From Catajapyx aquilonaris (Eukaryota): 64,000 bases of DNA. Made by a program: the position numbers and the translations under genes. Below the pieces are notes generated by a model. That model was not told the DNA's origin. It saw only the letters and a list, made by a program, of their open reading frames with translations, and did no database searches. Within the stretch, counting starts at the first letter, position 1. The number at the start of each line of letters is the position of its first letter. This document shows positions 38,250 through 50,850 of the stretch, one piece after another. The DNA lies in the NCBI GenBank assembly GCA_000934665.2, contig KZ538413.1, positions 1 through 64,000 on the forward strand, in the 5' to 3' direction.

Positions 38250-40088
38250 GTCACAACCAGTGAGGATTGCATCCACATCATGTCTTCTTTTTTTTTCGTT
38301 CTTGATTTGGATGTGGATAATTTGCACTTGTATTTTGGCTTGATTGATGTTCCCTGTTGGTACTATTGTAGTTTTCCATTAATTGGTAACGGTTACCAGA
38401 TTTAATTGTCATATTTTATGGATTTGGTAGCAGCTAGGTGCACTCGAGATTTTGTTCCTGTTTTTCTACTTCTGTCAGTGGTGTGTCTGAATTTCATAAG
38501 CATTGACATCACACTGGTATCGTCAGGAATTGTTCCTTCAAAATCCTTATTTAACTTGTTACCAGAAATGGAGAGTTACCTAAGGAGTTACCACTCCCAC
38601 TTATTAGTTTTACTTACCAAGTGTGCCTTTTAAAGTACCACTTACGTTTCTATGTGTCTGCCATGGCCCATAGGCATTAAAAGTCAACTGTTGTAACCAC
38701 ATTGTCTTCATGATAATACGAGCACATTGAAACATACATATCAATTGGTTTGTATTAGCTGCAGTCAGGTACTGTATTAATTTGTTAATTGTTGTGATGA
38801 CTGTAAAAATGTATTTATTTAATGAGTAAAGTTACAAAAGCCGAAAAGCATATGCACACTTATGTCACTCCCCAGTCTCGTAGGCACTTACTTTGGATTT
38901 TTGTTTTTGTTTTTTATCATCATAATTATGTAGATTGCTGAGTCATTATATTGCATTAATAAATAGTAATATGGAATATTCACATCCCTGTTGAAGTAAG
39001 CTGTGACATAGCATATCTAACACTAATTAAGTTATGAAAGGATCCTACCAACGGGCGATGAGGGTAGTATCCTCACAGGATACGGATACGGATACGGTAA
39101 GGTATACGGTTTGCGTTGCCAGATCAATGCAACTGTATCTCTGTCGTAGGATAAAAAATGGCTGCCTCCATTGCCATACTCGTGGCCATACTAAACAACA
39201 AAACAGGGTGAGGAAAAGGCGTCTCACTTGAATGCTGTGCTGCTATAATGCATGCCTCATTCATGCAACCCAACCAACCCTATACACCCAGGTTATGGTT
39301 CACTTTCATTGTAAATACTGATGCAGCTAAAGTATTGAGTAAGTTGGGTACATAATTTGCCGATCATTAGTAAATGGATTGCATGAAGCATTAGTAGCAC
39401 AGTATCACATTAATTGCAAAGGTGTCACATTCATAAAAGAATGGCCTACTGAGACACATCCTGTTGGCATCAATGATTGTGGTGATAGTGGTACTAAAAA
39501 GTCATAACTTAGGTAACTTTAAAACTATAACCAGTTATTCTGGAGAAACTTCAATTACTTGGCAAATGTAGCATGCTGCCTAATATGCAAGCTTCTAGTA
39601 TGAAGCACTCTTGTCACTTTACTCACACCTATTATTAACAGTGTGTACTAGATTGCATGCTGCAGGTCATGTCCTAAAGACCTAAGCAAAAGAAACTTAT
39701 CGTCCATGGATCAAGGTGATTTATTGTCCTGCTTGGTCCTCTGAAATACTGGAGCTTGCAAAATAATAGTTGCAGCCAATGTCAGAACTCAGTTAAAAAT
39801 CCATATGGGCTATGACTTGGCCATTACTTTCCATAATGAACTTCTGCATGATGGCGAATTGGGTCTTCTGAAACACCTATGTGCTTGGTAATAGCAACAA
39901 AGGGAAATAAATAAGGAAAGCAATATCATCATTAAGCAAGATATTTATCTCTCCATTTAAGTACTAGGTACATTACCGATGTTAACAATGAGTTTTTACA
40001 AGTGGGTGAAAACAGGAAACCCATGCAAGCACCGTGGAGAACCCACTGCAACTCTGCCGACATAGAGACCTTTCTCTGAACCATGATT

Positions 40089-40406
40089 TTTTTAAATGTT
40101 ACCCCGTGATAGGGCCAGGCCCTCCCAGGGACGGGTGGAATACCACCATTTTCCATAAGTTTTTCTATAATTTTCTCCAACTCTGGTGGAAGGATGAAAG
40201 GATATGGGGTTAGGATGGGGAGGAGACACAGGTGCAAGTGCAAAGTCTCAACAAGGGTCCCTGGAGGTAAGGTTGCCAGACGCCTCCAAGGTGTGGGTCA
40301 GAGTACCTCCTGACGCAGGCAAAAAGGAACTCCCGGGCGGGGTTCGAACCCGGGACCTTCCGCACAGCAAGCAGAGGCGCTACCGTCTCGGCCACCATGT
40401 CTCTCC
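40089..40406 (-). mobile_element. tRNA-derived SINE, family A, inserted into an older tRNA-derived repeat
   Basis: B box GGTTCGAACCC; TSD CTGAACCA(T/G)GATT; the flank continues with a degenerate B box. Confidence 0.88.
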
Positions 40407-40737
40407 CTGAACCAGGATTCAAACTTGGGACCATAGAGGTGGGAGGCCAGGGTTTAAACCCCTAGAGCCTAGACCAACCATGCTGCCCAATAAGAAATTG
40501 CACATGGACCTGCAGGAAGGTGTTCATCCAAGGGGAAAATCACTCGTCAAGTATGTTGTAAGGGATAATTCCCCAAGTCCGGTTTTTAACAAGTCTTTTG
40601 TATGCTCAACTGCTGAGTGATTTACCCCTTCTGTTCATCCCATAATTGGCAAAGCGTTGACCATCTTCTTTTTGGCCCGCCTGCCTGGTTGAGAATAAAC
40701 TACTGTACATAGTGATTGGTGGAAGGGATTCTGACTT

Positions 40738-40981
40738 CAGCCAACACAGCAACTGGACCCTGCCAATCATTGTTGCCACAAACCTGAAAAGTAGATTAGC
40801 AGCAGTATAGCAGTGGCTACTGACACTGGGTGAATGCTACATACCCACTTGAAGGCTGACTCCAGCAGCCAACACAGCAATCAGACCTTGCCAATCTTTG
40901 TTGCCACAAGCCTGAAAGGTAGATTAGCAGCAGTAGCAGTGGTTACTGACACTGGGTGAATGCTACATACCTACTTGAAGG
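40738..40981. repeat. Two tandem copies of an approximately 125-bp unit
   Basis: CAGCCAACACAGCAA...GGGTGAATGCTACATACC.ACTTGAAGG occurs twice. Confidence 0.9.
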
Positions 40982-41208
40982 TCATCCCTTCTCGGCCGTT
41001 CATGAGTTCTCATGCCTTCGGTCAGCTGGCGTAACTGGATCAGCTGGCGGTCATGGAAGCAGAGCTGTCTCTCACTATCAGTGGCAGTCAGTGCATTCAC
41101 AGCACACACACACATACACACACACACCCATGCAAGAAACCTGTGGAAATGTTATAAAATAGTGATGTCACACAAAGAAAATGTTGCACCTCGAATCATA
41201 TTCAGGTA

Positions 41209-42070
41209 ATGATGCTTATTACCAGGGACAGCCAGTGCGTGGTCAATGAAAAGGTTAGAGGACGTTACGAAGAGGAGTGTGCAGTGCATGCGAACAGCAT
41301 ATGAGAATAGGTCAGCTCATGATGCTGTAGCCCCTTCTGGATGTGAAACTGATGGTGTCATGCATGTTGGCCCTCCTTCAGATGCTCAACCACACGCAGC
41401 AGGAGTCCAGTTTGTATCCACACAGTTGGTTAGGAATCCAGTTGGTATGTATCCACACATTCAAGGAACAGCCATAGCCCGTGACTGTGCATGTGTCATT
41501 TGCCAAGCTTCATATGTGCCTGGGGGAACATTCACCACGCTTTCAGACAGTGCACAGATTGATGCATATTGCAGGGCCAAACTCTGGTTGCCAAATGAGA
41601 GTCGTCTCTGCAGTGTGCATTTGTCTGGTGGTGTCTTCCATGATGATCAGACTTTTGGACAAGTGCTTTTTGGTGGTGATGACACTTGTTTGTCTCTGGA
41701 GGATGCCACGAGAGTATTGCGGGTGGGACTCCCCCTGCATACGCCAACGCACGAAGAAGTCCCCAACTACAACCCACCTCAACTTTGACGCTGACGACCA
41801 AACTGACCAGGACTATATGACCTTGACAGGTCTCAACAAGGACCAGTTTGAGACTGTCCTCTCTTGCCTTCATGGTCAGGTTGTTCATACACCAGCACGT
41901 TCTGCCCGCACAACCTTGGGGATATTCCTAATGAGGATGCGCATGGCTCTAACCCAAGAGGAACTGGCGACATTGTTTGGGCTGTCCCAGTCAACCATCA
42001 GCAACATCTGCACCATTGTCCAAACTGCTATGATGAATGTGTTTGTCCCGCTGCATTTGGGGCTGAAAGA
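41209..42070 (+). pseudogene. Frameshifted, truncated ISL2EU/PIF-Harbinger-like transposase (Cys/His finger + HTH)
   Basis: CVIC...RLCSVHL, then a frameshift near 41780 into YMTLTGLNKDQFE...LGIFLMRMRMALTQEELATLFGLSQSTISNI (HTH_Tnp_4-like). No DDE domain follows. Confidence 0.75.
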
Positions 42071-42750
42071 TAGCACATTCACTAACAGCTGGTGCATGTT
42101 ATTAGGCACACATCAAAAAATCTTTTGCCATGATATTGGACTGATTAATCTCGCATCCATTTTTTTGCAGAATGATGTAGTGGGTAGAAAGAAACATTTT
42201 TTGCCAATATAGTTACTGATGCCACAGGTGTTTAGTCATCAAATGAGAATTTGTCACGTGCCATACAGACATGCCATGTCCTTAATAACCATAATAATAC
42301 CATGGTTACCACATTACTGCAACAATGAACTCTTTTGTTGTGTGTCATGCAAACATGTGGTACCCATAGTGCCCATAGTAATGCCATAGATTGGAGGTTG
42401 AAAGGCAATGCTGGGCCAAACTCCCAATATCAATTATAAAGTAATGCCATAGTAACCATCACATAAACCATGGTGACCAATAGTTAGATGTGTGTGTATC
42501 TTGGTGTGTATGATGCATCACAAAATAGTTAAATGTTGTAATAATATGGTTCCATGGTATTACTATGGTTACTAAAGATTTTCCTACTTCACTGTGCATC
42601 TGCGGTACCAAGTGAAATAGCAAAAAAATGTTTATTTTGACTGAGGCTGTCGTTCTTCAAAAAAATGTGCACCTATTTGCCACTGTGTTCTGTGATTGCC
42701 ACAAGAATAGGAACATTAACATGGGGTAAATATGCTATGTGCTTTTCCTA

Positions 42751-43302
42751 CTGTTCCTTGAATGTATGGATACAAACCATTCTGGACTACTCCTGCAGCT
42801 TGTGGTTGAGGATCTGCAGGAGGGCCAACATGCATGACACCATCATTTTCCGCTCCTGAAGGGGCTACCATGTCATGCAGTCCACCATCAGCACTTGGGC
42901 CAGCAACATCAAGTTGGCTATGCTGAACAGCAACTAGAAGAGTAAACTATTATTGAAAAAAACACATTGACACTTCTGACGGCATAGTTACTGCCAAACG
43001 GTAGCTGACCTTTTTTCATGTGGTGGCGGTTGCATGCACTGCACACTCCTCTTCTTAACATCATCTCATCCTTCCACTTGCCGCACTGGCTGCACTTGCT
43101 ATTCCTATTCCGCATCATTATTACCTTAAAATGATTCAAGGTTCATTACAATTATATGTGTGACATCACTGTACTTATTAAAACAATGATACAAGTTTCT
43201 TGTATTCATATCTCTGTGTGCGTGTGGGCAGCCTGTGTGTGTGTGTGTGCTGTGAATGTACTTACTGCGAGACTTACTGCCACTGACAGTGAGAGATAAC
43301 TC
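42751..43302 (-). mobile_element. Diverged inverted copy of the 5' part of the same transposon
   Basis: Homologous to 41062-41471; encodes CSQC..RRGVCSAC and VAPSGAENDGVMHVGPP..YPYIQGT. Confidence 0.8.
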
Positions 43303-43515
43303 CGGTCCTCCTCTACGACACCAACACTCCGACAGGTGATCCGAACCGACCGAGTTCCGCCGCTGTTAGGGGTTGAGGTATGGCCTACTCATCCTTCCTA
43401 CGCCACGCGCCATTTTGAGTCTACTTATCTGGCCACCTGCACGGGCTAACGTGCTGGTTTGCATTTCGCAAGACTGAGGCTTCAAGGTGGCATTGTACGA
43501 CAGGCGAAGTTCTCA

Positions 43516-43705
43516 CTGCATTTTTACGGTGTAAAAACCACATGAATTGTCCTGTTCGCAACTTACCTTCGCGTTTTCCTTATGGCATGATGCACCATAT
43601 GGCAACGTTGCACAATGTGACGTTTGAAGACGGCGCTAGAAGGTAAGCGAGAATGCAAGTTGCTGACACGACAATTCCTGTGGTTTTTACACCGTAAAAA
43701 TGCAG
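43516..43705. mobile_element. MITE-like inverted repeat
   Basis: CTGCATTTTTACGGTGTAAAAACCACA / TGTGGTTTTTACACCGTAAAAATGCAG. Confidence 0.7.
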
Positions 43706-44181
43706 CAAGAATTTTAGTGCGAGCAATACCACCATAATATGACGTCTCCGACATGCGAAATACACTCGGAAATACAAAGCTAGTGATGGGCCGAAAATAG
43801 CTACGCTGCTATTAAATAGCTGCTAAGTCTAAAGTAGCTGGCTATTTGAACTAATATTTACAAACCAGCTCGTTGGCGCGCGCATGTTGCCAAATGATGA
43901 ATTCAATGCCGTAAGGGTTGCGGGCTATTCAGGATCACATTAATAAGATCCTTACTCAATCAAGCCAAGTTAAAGCGTATCCTGGCAAGAAGTACCAGGA
44001 AAGGTTTTGTACACGTTCAGCTTAATACATAGCTGAGGTCCACAAGTGCTCCTTGTTCATTTCCTTCAGACTCACTTTTTCTGCAATTTTCCTGAGAAGC
44101 TGCTGCCCAATTCAATATATGTGATGCATCTGAAAAGAACGATGAATGCTACAATAAAAGCTACAAAACAAAAGGTGCATT

Positions 44182-44598
44182 GGAATTACCTTTATTGGCT
44201 GCCAAAGTCCTCTCCATCAGACACAACACACTTTTGAAATCGTTTGTAAACCTTCTGAGAACAACTATCTTTGGACCCCCATCCAGATCTGTTGTCACAG
44301 GTCTGAACATGCACAAAGTGTGATCCATTCATTAAATGCTATTAAACCCCAAAAAATGTGCAGGCGTAAGGTCGGGGGAGTACAGTGGGTGATACAAAAC
44401 AGTGATACTACACTGAGCCTTAAAGGATTCATGAAGGGATCATGTTTTGTGGACGTCCTGGAGGTTCAGGCCCGGGTGACAACAGATCTGGTGAGGGGTC
44501 CAAAGATTGTTCTAACTCTTTTCAGAAGCTTTATGAATGGTTTCAAAAGTGTGTTGTGTCTGATGGAGAGCACCTTGAAGGCCAATAAAGGTAATTCC
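44182..44598. mobile_element. Foldback MITE (arms about 115 bp), directly followed by another MITE at 44602-44818
   Basis: GGAATTACCTTTATTGGC / GCCAATAAAGGTAATTCC; second element CCCGCGAGCAT.AAGATGGAGACGGCAG and its reverse complement. Confidence 0.75.
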
Positions 44599-44894
44599 TA
44601 TGTACCCCCGCGAGCATGAAGATGGAGACGGCAGACCCTTTTTTGACCTGTCTTTATCCAACTCAAATTAATGAACTCTTTTTGGACCGAGTTTGCCGCT
44701 TCAGGCGGGTGTTCGTGTATTTATGACAGTATATTTGATACCGTAATTGCTGAGATTGACAGAGCAGCCTGCCGAAGGTGAGGGCCTGCCGTCTCCATCT
44801 TTATGCTCGCGGGTGTACCTTCTGTTTTGTTGCTTTTATTGTAACATTCACTGAACTTTTTAGACACACCACTCTTCTTTAAATGCTAATTATA

Positions 44895-45212
44895 CAGGGT
44901 GGTTCCGGTAACTCTGGTGAAAATCACAGGGTCGGTAGAGGCCCCATAGCCAAGTATTTTGAGCTTAGGTACCCATGTCCGGAAATGCCCTCGTATGGGG
45001 GTACGGCCGTTTCCACCTTTAGTATGTTGCCCCTGGTGGGTAGGCAATCCATCGTACTCGAAGGTTGCGTTCATCAGGCGTTATCAGGTTTTGCACTTGA
45101 CACTCGCAATAATTGCAGTCATTTCCGGACATGGGTACCTAAGCTCAAAATACTTGCCTATGGGGCCTCTACCCACCCTGTGATTTTTGCCAGAGTTACC
45201 GGAACCACCCTG
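44895..45212. mobile_element. Tc1/mariner-like MITE with near-perfect arms of about 90 bp
   Basis: TA|CAGGGTGGTTCCGGTAACTCTGG ... CCAGAGTTACCGGAACCACCCTG|TA. Confidence 0.9.
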
Positions 45213-46557
45213 TATATCTCGGTAACTAGGCCACGGAGACCCACGATACCTAAACAGTAAGTACCCGTTTACGCCGGTAATTGGTTCCAGAACATAGCGG
45301 CGTAAAGTGAAATAGCGTAAAACGAGACATAGGCCTAATTATAATGGAAGTAAATGAGACTGGGTGTGGGTGTGGGAAAAGAACCATGTGGCCCATGCGA
45401 CAGACAACCAACGAATGGATTTCACCCACCGGGTCCACAAATTTTCCTCAGACAGTACTTAAATTGCTGGTTTTAATGCTGGATATTTGAAACATTTATT
45501 TTGCACATTTAATGGGAGGTTCAGGTTGACGGGTCATCGGGTTCTCCTTTCCCTTCTTTGGCAAGAACTGCAGTAGACGTAGGGTATTTAACAAACTTCG
45601 GGGAGTGCCGAGAACAACAATACGGTACTGTATTTATCGATAGACCCACTTCCTGATAGACCCCGCCACGAAAAACAAAACAAAAAAGAACATTGGCCTG
45701 TCGTGTCGTCATGTGTTTGGACTCAGAAGTGTTGCAGTGATGTGTTTATGTTTAGACTTTAGAGTGTGTTGTTATCTTCAAATTTGTCAAAAATGCGCAT
45801 TTTACTTTTGTTACTATAGGCCTACTAGGCCATTCGGTTCGGTACGTAATTGTGACAGTGATGACTTTAATATATTACTGGGCATCACATTTGGACATAT
45901 CACTGCTCATTTTAAAAATTCATCATTAATTGTGTGAGCAAACTTATTTGTACTAGTGGCATTTTGTTGATGATTATCAACAAAATGACAGTTTTTTCCC
46001 ATTCGGAATTATTGTGCTCTTTACATATGGTATCATGTTCGTATCATGATCCTGACTGTTATCATTACACCCTGTATGGGTTTTAAAATACAGTTTCAGT
46101 TGTAGCACAATGTAACCGCCTGGCTCCTAATTAGCTTACCTCGTTTGTGACACCACTGAAGTTATGACTGTGATGCAATTGTTATTAACGGTTGTTATAT
46201 TCACTGTTGATGACAACAATAGTACTAATAGCATACGTTAAATCTAGGATAGGTCACCTTATATTGAGTTATGTAACCGGTCTCTTACAGTGCATCTCCC
46301 TGAAATTGGCATGAGCACAAGGGACGTGTTGTCAGTTACAGCAATAGGGTTTTAATGACAAATACAGGGGTTGGACAAAATAATAGGAAAACCTGCGAAA
46401 AGCGGTTGAAACTTCCCGTCTGTTTTATTCTGAAACTGGAAAAGTTACGAAGATGGCTTTTACCAGGTTTTGAAGCACTGTTTATGTACTTTAATTTGGT
46501 AAAGGGGGTTGGCCCGGCTCCAGCTTCTCATGTTGCACTCACCGACCAACTCCCAGG

Positions 46558-46811
46558 CAGTGGCGCACCCGGGGGAGGGGGGGGGTCAACCCCCCCCCCC
46601 CCACGAAATGTTTGTAGCATATTAGAAATGACTAGTTGATGTTTTTTTAAAAGTGCTACCAATTTCATCAAATACACACCCATTCAAATCTCCCACATTC
46701 ACCTAAGAACGTGTGACCTTGAACCCCCAAAAAATGTCCTCCTGCGGCGGGCTTCCTCCCCGGCCATTTATGAAATGCCCCCCGAAAAAAAAAATCCTGA
46801 GTGCGCCATTG
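46558..46811. mobile_element. hAT MITE
   Basis: TIR CAGTGGCGCAC / GTGCGCCATTG; 8-bp TSD CTCCCAGG. Confidence 0.88.
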
Positions 46812-48502
46812 CTCCCAGGTACTTGTATAAGCAAGTATAAGTAATTTTCAGGTGATTTTGGGTGACCCCCTGAGGGCGGATTAACTCGCGGCCCCTCTCT
46901 TGACGTCAGTAACGCTGGTCAAGCGATTTGTCCAAAGGCAACAGGATAACTACTGATAAGATCGACTGCTGGGCCATGTGAGGACATGCCAGAAGAAATC
47001 ATTTTGAAAGGCAGAAACCAAGCTATCAATTCTCCATTCTCTTGTTGGCAATGGATTCAGAGGCTGACTGGTACGTGCTAATCCTTCTCATCCGAGGTAT
47101 CATGACCACTGTTCCAACGGACCCTTCAATAACATATCTGCATAATTTAGGAAATTACTGACTCCCGTGAAATGACTTCAGGCGTTGATCCAACTCCCAA
47201 GTACAATGGGGCACTCCACCAAGTGGTGTAATTGTTGCAATTGCATAATTATTTAAAATCATTTCTGAATTGGCAGACACTCACTGACTGGTCAATATTT
47301 GGCGACAGGACAACTTTGCTGGCGGCGACGAGGAAAAAAAAATACAAATATGCATCCTCCTCTGACTTTTCCAAAAAGATTGTCTATCTCCTTTACTTGC
47401 TGTTCGGAATTCCGCTACCAGAGGGCGGACATTGTCGAATGTTTACTACTCCAGATCTTATTTTGTCCTGCCTGGCACCTGTCCCACCGCGATCACACTA
47501 CAGACCACGATCTGCTACAGACGCATAGCATATCAACAGTTTTCGGAATTGTGATATGGAACGAACATGGTGCAAACCATTCACATAGCACGTACTCCGC
47601 CATCAAGATCATAAGGTGTAATGAGACACCTAATCGCAAGAAAGCATAAAATTGTCATGTGAAACTAAAGCTCGTGAAAGAAAATTCTCACCTGCACAGC
47701 ACAAACAATCAGAGCAAATTCCATTAAACCTTAGCGGGTGTCATTACTCCTTCGCCTCTCGACTAACAGTTTATCAGGCGGACCTTTTACATTTTGTTGT
47801 TGTTTTCAACACCCACAAGGATACAACCAAATGCCGGAGTTGGCAAATTGTCATGGTACACATTCCTGAGTCATTAGACTCGACTAATTTTACTACTACA
47901 CAATCATGAATCTCAGGCTTCCTGGTTGTACTTGTAGATATAATGTAGATGAAAAACAAAATAAGGGGAACTCTCCAATATATATGTACAAGTGGAGAAG
48001 TAGGCTATATGTATATTCACAATATATACATAATTAGAGATTTTCTCCTTAATTTGAGTCAATAAAAGCTGCCCTGAGTGCTGCAACACTATAAATGACA
48101 CTTTGACCATGTGCAATTATAACCTTATTTTTTAAAGGTTCATTAGCATTACACAGCGCGTGGTTAGGTAGCCTACATATTTTTGTAAGATTATTTCCGT
48201 TGGAGGCTAATTGCCGTGATCTCACAACGGCATATCATATTTTCATCACAGAGTGAAACCTGTGTGTAGCGGGCCCTGGATATAGGGGAAACTTGTCTGC
48301 TGTGGAAAAAATCTGCTGTCCCGATAGCGAGATAGGATTTCTCCGCATGCATTTTTGTCCGACATAGCAGAACCTGTCTGTTACGGAACATTTTCGCTGA
48401 ATGCAGCTGTTCCTCTATAGGTAGGACCTAGGTAGAGGTTTCACTGTATTCTGTCCCTATTTTATGATACGCTTAATTAATTAATAGGCTACATACAAAA
48501 TA

Positions 48503-48660
48503 GGGCGACACGGTGGCGTAGTGGTTATCGCGACTGCCTTCCACATCTGTGGTTCCGAGTTCGATCCCCGGGTCGGACAGAAGGATTTTTCATGAGGATA
48601 GAGTTTAGATGGGCTCTATCCAATAATAATAATAATAATGATAATGATAATAATAATAAT
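48503..48660 (+). mobile_element. Short tRNA-derived SINE
   Basis: A box TGGCGTAGTGG, B box AGTTCGATCCC, followed by (TAA)n. Confidence 0.75.
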
Positions 48661-50488
48661 CTCAGACCCGGGCTGAGACCAGAATGGAATATAATTATAT
48701 AGGAATGCGCGTGAATTCAACCACTAGTCCTGTCATCAAACCTCCCCCTCATGTTTCCCTCGGGGCTGAATGGACATGTCCGATGTTCTGAATTAGTGCT
48801 GCAACTCGATATTATCAGAGGCATTCTCTTCCTGGTCGACCACGCATACCGGTACCGTTACTAGCCAGGTGGTCAATGGATTGCGAAACAACAAAGAACC
48901 TTTGTTCTTCTCTTCTGGAACAGATGGAATATTAGCTAGGCTACTAAGAACACAAGGGAGGTGGAGAGGAGGAGCAAAGAAAAAGATTCCAATTTAAATT
49001 ATCACATACACATTCCATAATCGTCTCCATGCATACCCCTGATGATGTACCGGTACGCAAATTCCAGGCCATAGTAGCTGGCTACTGATAAAGGTTGAGC
49101 AGATCCAGCATGGATGAGTGGCATGGAAGAGAGGGTCCCGCTCGTCCTCACAACCAAGCAACCCTTCCTTCCTTCCTTTCTTCCTTTCTCCTTTGACAGG
49201 CGGCGGGCTGAATGGCAATCGATCATAGCAGTGGTCAGGATGACGGTAAGGCATCGGTGGGGGGTTTACAGCCGGAAAACTATTCCCCACCATTTCCGCC
49301 CTGAAAAGTGGGTCATCCCCCGCGTTAGGTATACCTTCTAAAACCCTCCTAACTTGTTTATCTGAGCGGTACCCGCATTGAGCAACTTACCTCCAGCCCG
49401 TTGCTGGATTTGGGTCGCACTCCCCCAATACTTTCTCAACCGTTTGGACACAAGGTGGGGGTGGGTGGGAGGTAGGGTGACGACTAATTTTGGAAATATA
49501 ATGGACCGACCGCAAGCACCGTTATATGTGGAGGGAGCATTGCTTTTCTCGGCACAAAGTGGACCAACGGGGGTGTCGGTCAAAGCGGAGCTGGGTCTCA
49601 CCACACTGTCGCTTATGCACTATTGGTCAAATGGTCAACTTGTGACACAATAGACTTATAGGATTATGGATAAGGTGGGCCCTTAAAGAAGGGGAGGGAA
49701 ACCTAGAGGGTTGGCTTATTTTGTAACTTCCTCGATATTTCACTTGACATACACTGGGATACGTGTTATCAAGAGCTCTTGGTGTTATCCAGGGCAATGC
49801 ACGTAGCATACCAGAGGGTTGCTTTTTACTAGGAATTTCATGATGCATGTTTCAGTTTCTGAAAATGAGCCTAACTCGCATAACAGGCATCACTCCTCTC
49901 TATGCTCCAGTTACATAGCTACATCGAAACATCAATAATTGATGTTTCGATGTAGGCTGAATCGATGAATGAAATTCGATGTAGGCAGGAATCGAAATAA
50001 ATTATTTATTTCGATTTCCTGGCACCCATCGTATCGATGTGTTGCGCTCGTTTGCGCCTTTCTTTTTACATGGCATGTAGGCGTAAATGCCACTCATGCG
50101 TCGACTACACTACCCGATGTGTGATTGGCCTCCTCATATGAGTTCGTATTGTATAGTCGGCTCAGGAAAAGACTGGACGGGATTTCGTGTGATTTTGGAG
50201 TAGAGTTGCCAGATGCAAATGGAACATGAAATACGCAAAACTTACGTTGCAAAAAAACAACAAAAAACCACCTGGCATTTATTCATTTCTTCAGTTGTGG
50301 TAGGTTGCTCCCTATCTCACGCTCACGGTCAGTCACTATTAGCAGTGTTTCTAAGGCCCGGAACCCCCTTTTTTATATACAAACCAGTGTTTCTCAAGCA
50401 AATGCCTCCAAGAAGAGTATCGAGCATATGAAATTCATATTATTTTCTTGCATCAGTACCGCTACCTCTACCACCACACCACAAAAGA

Positions 50489-50515
50489 CCCGGGCAACGC
50501 CGGGTTACCTGCTCG
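50489..50515 (+). mobile_element. Helitron 3' end
   Basis: CCCGGGCAACGCCGGG hairpin and degenerate CTAG (CTCG). Confidence 0.55.
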
Positions 50516-50781
50516 TTATTATTACAAGTTACCCAACTACAGTAATTGTGTGATTTGTGTCAACTATATTTCGAGGCATTTGAGTCAATCAACAATAGGC
50601 CCAAGGACCAATTATATCCATCATTATGCTGCATAGTCAATGCGTAGTCCTTTCTGCTACTGAAATTGAATAAAATAATATTTCTGACAGCAGTGTTCAG
50701 GTAAATACATGATTTTTATTTATTCGTGATTATGATATCGGTTGGTCACTACTTGCTACCTTCATTGCTAGTTGCAAGTAA

Positions 50782-50850
50782 GGGAAGCAAATCCTCCATT
50801 GCAAAGGACATTTAAATTTAATGTCCTTTGCAATGGAGGATTTGTTTCCC
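50782..50850. repeat. Near-perfect 69-nt palindrome
   Basis: GGGAAGCAAATCCTCCATTGCAAAGGACATT ... AATGTCCTTTGCAATGGAGGATTTGTTTCCC. Confidence 0.9.

Noticed and set aside
49037..49066. Hammerhead ribozyme core (CTGATGA + stem)
   Set aside because: The required GAAA is replaced by GCAAA and I could not find stems I and III.
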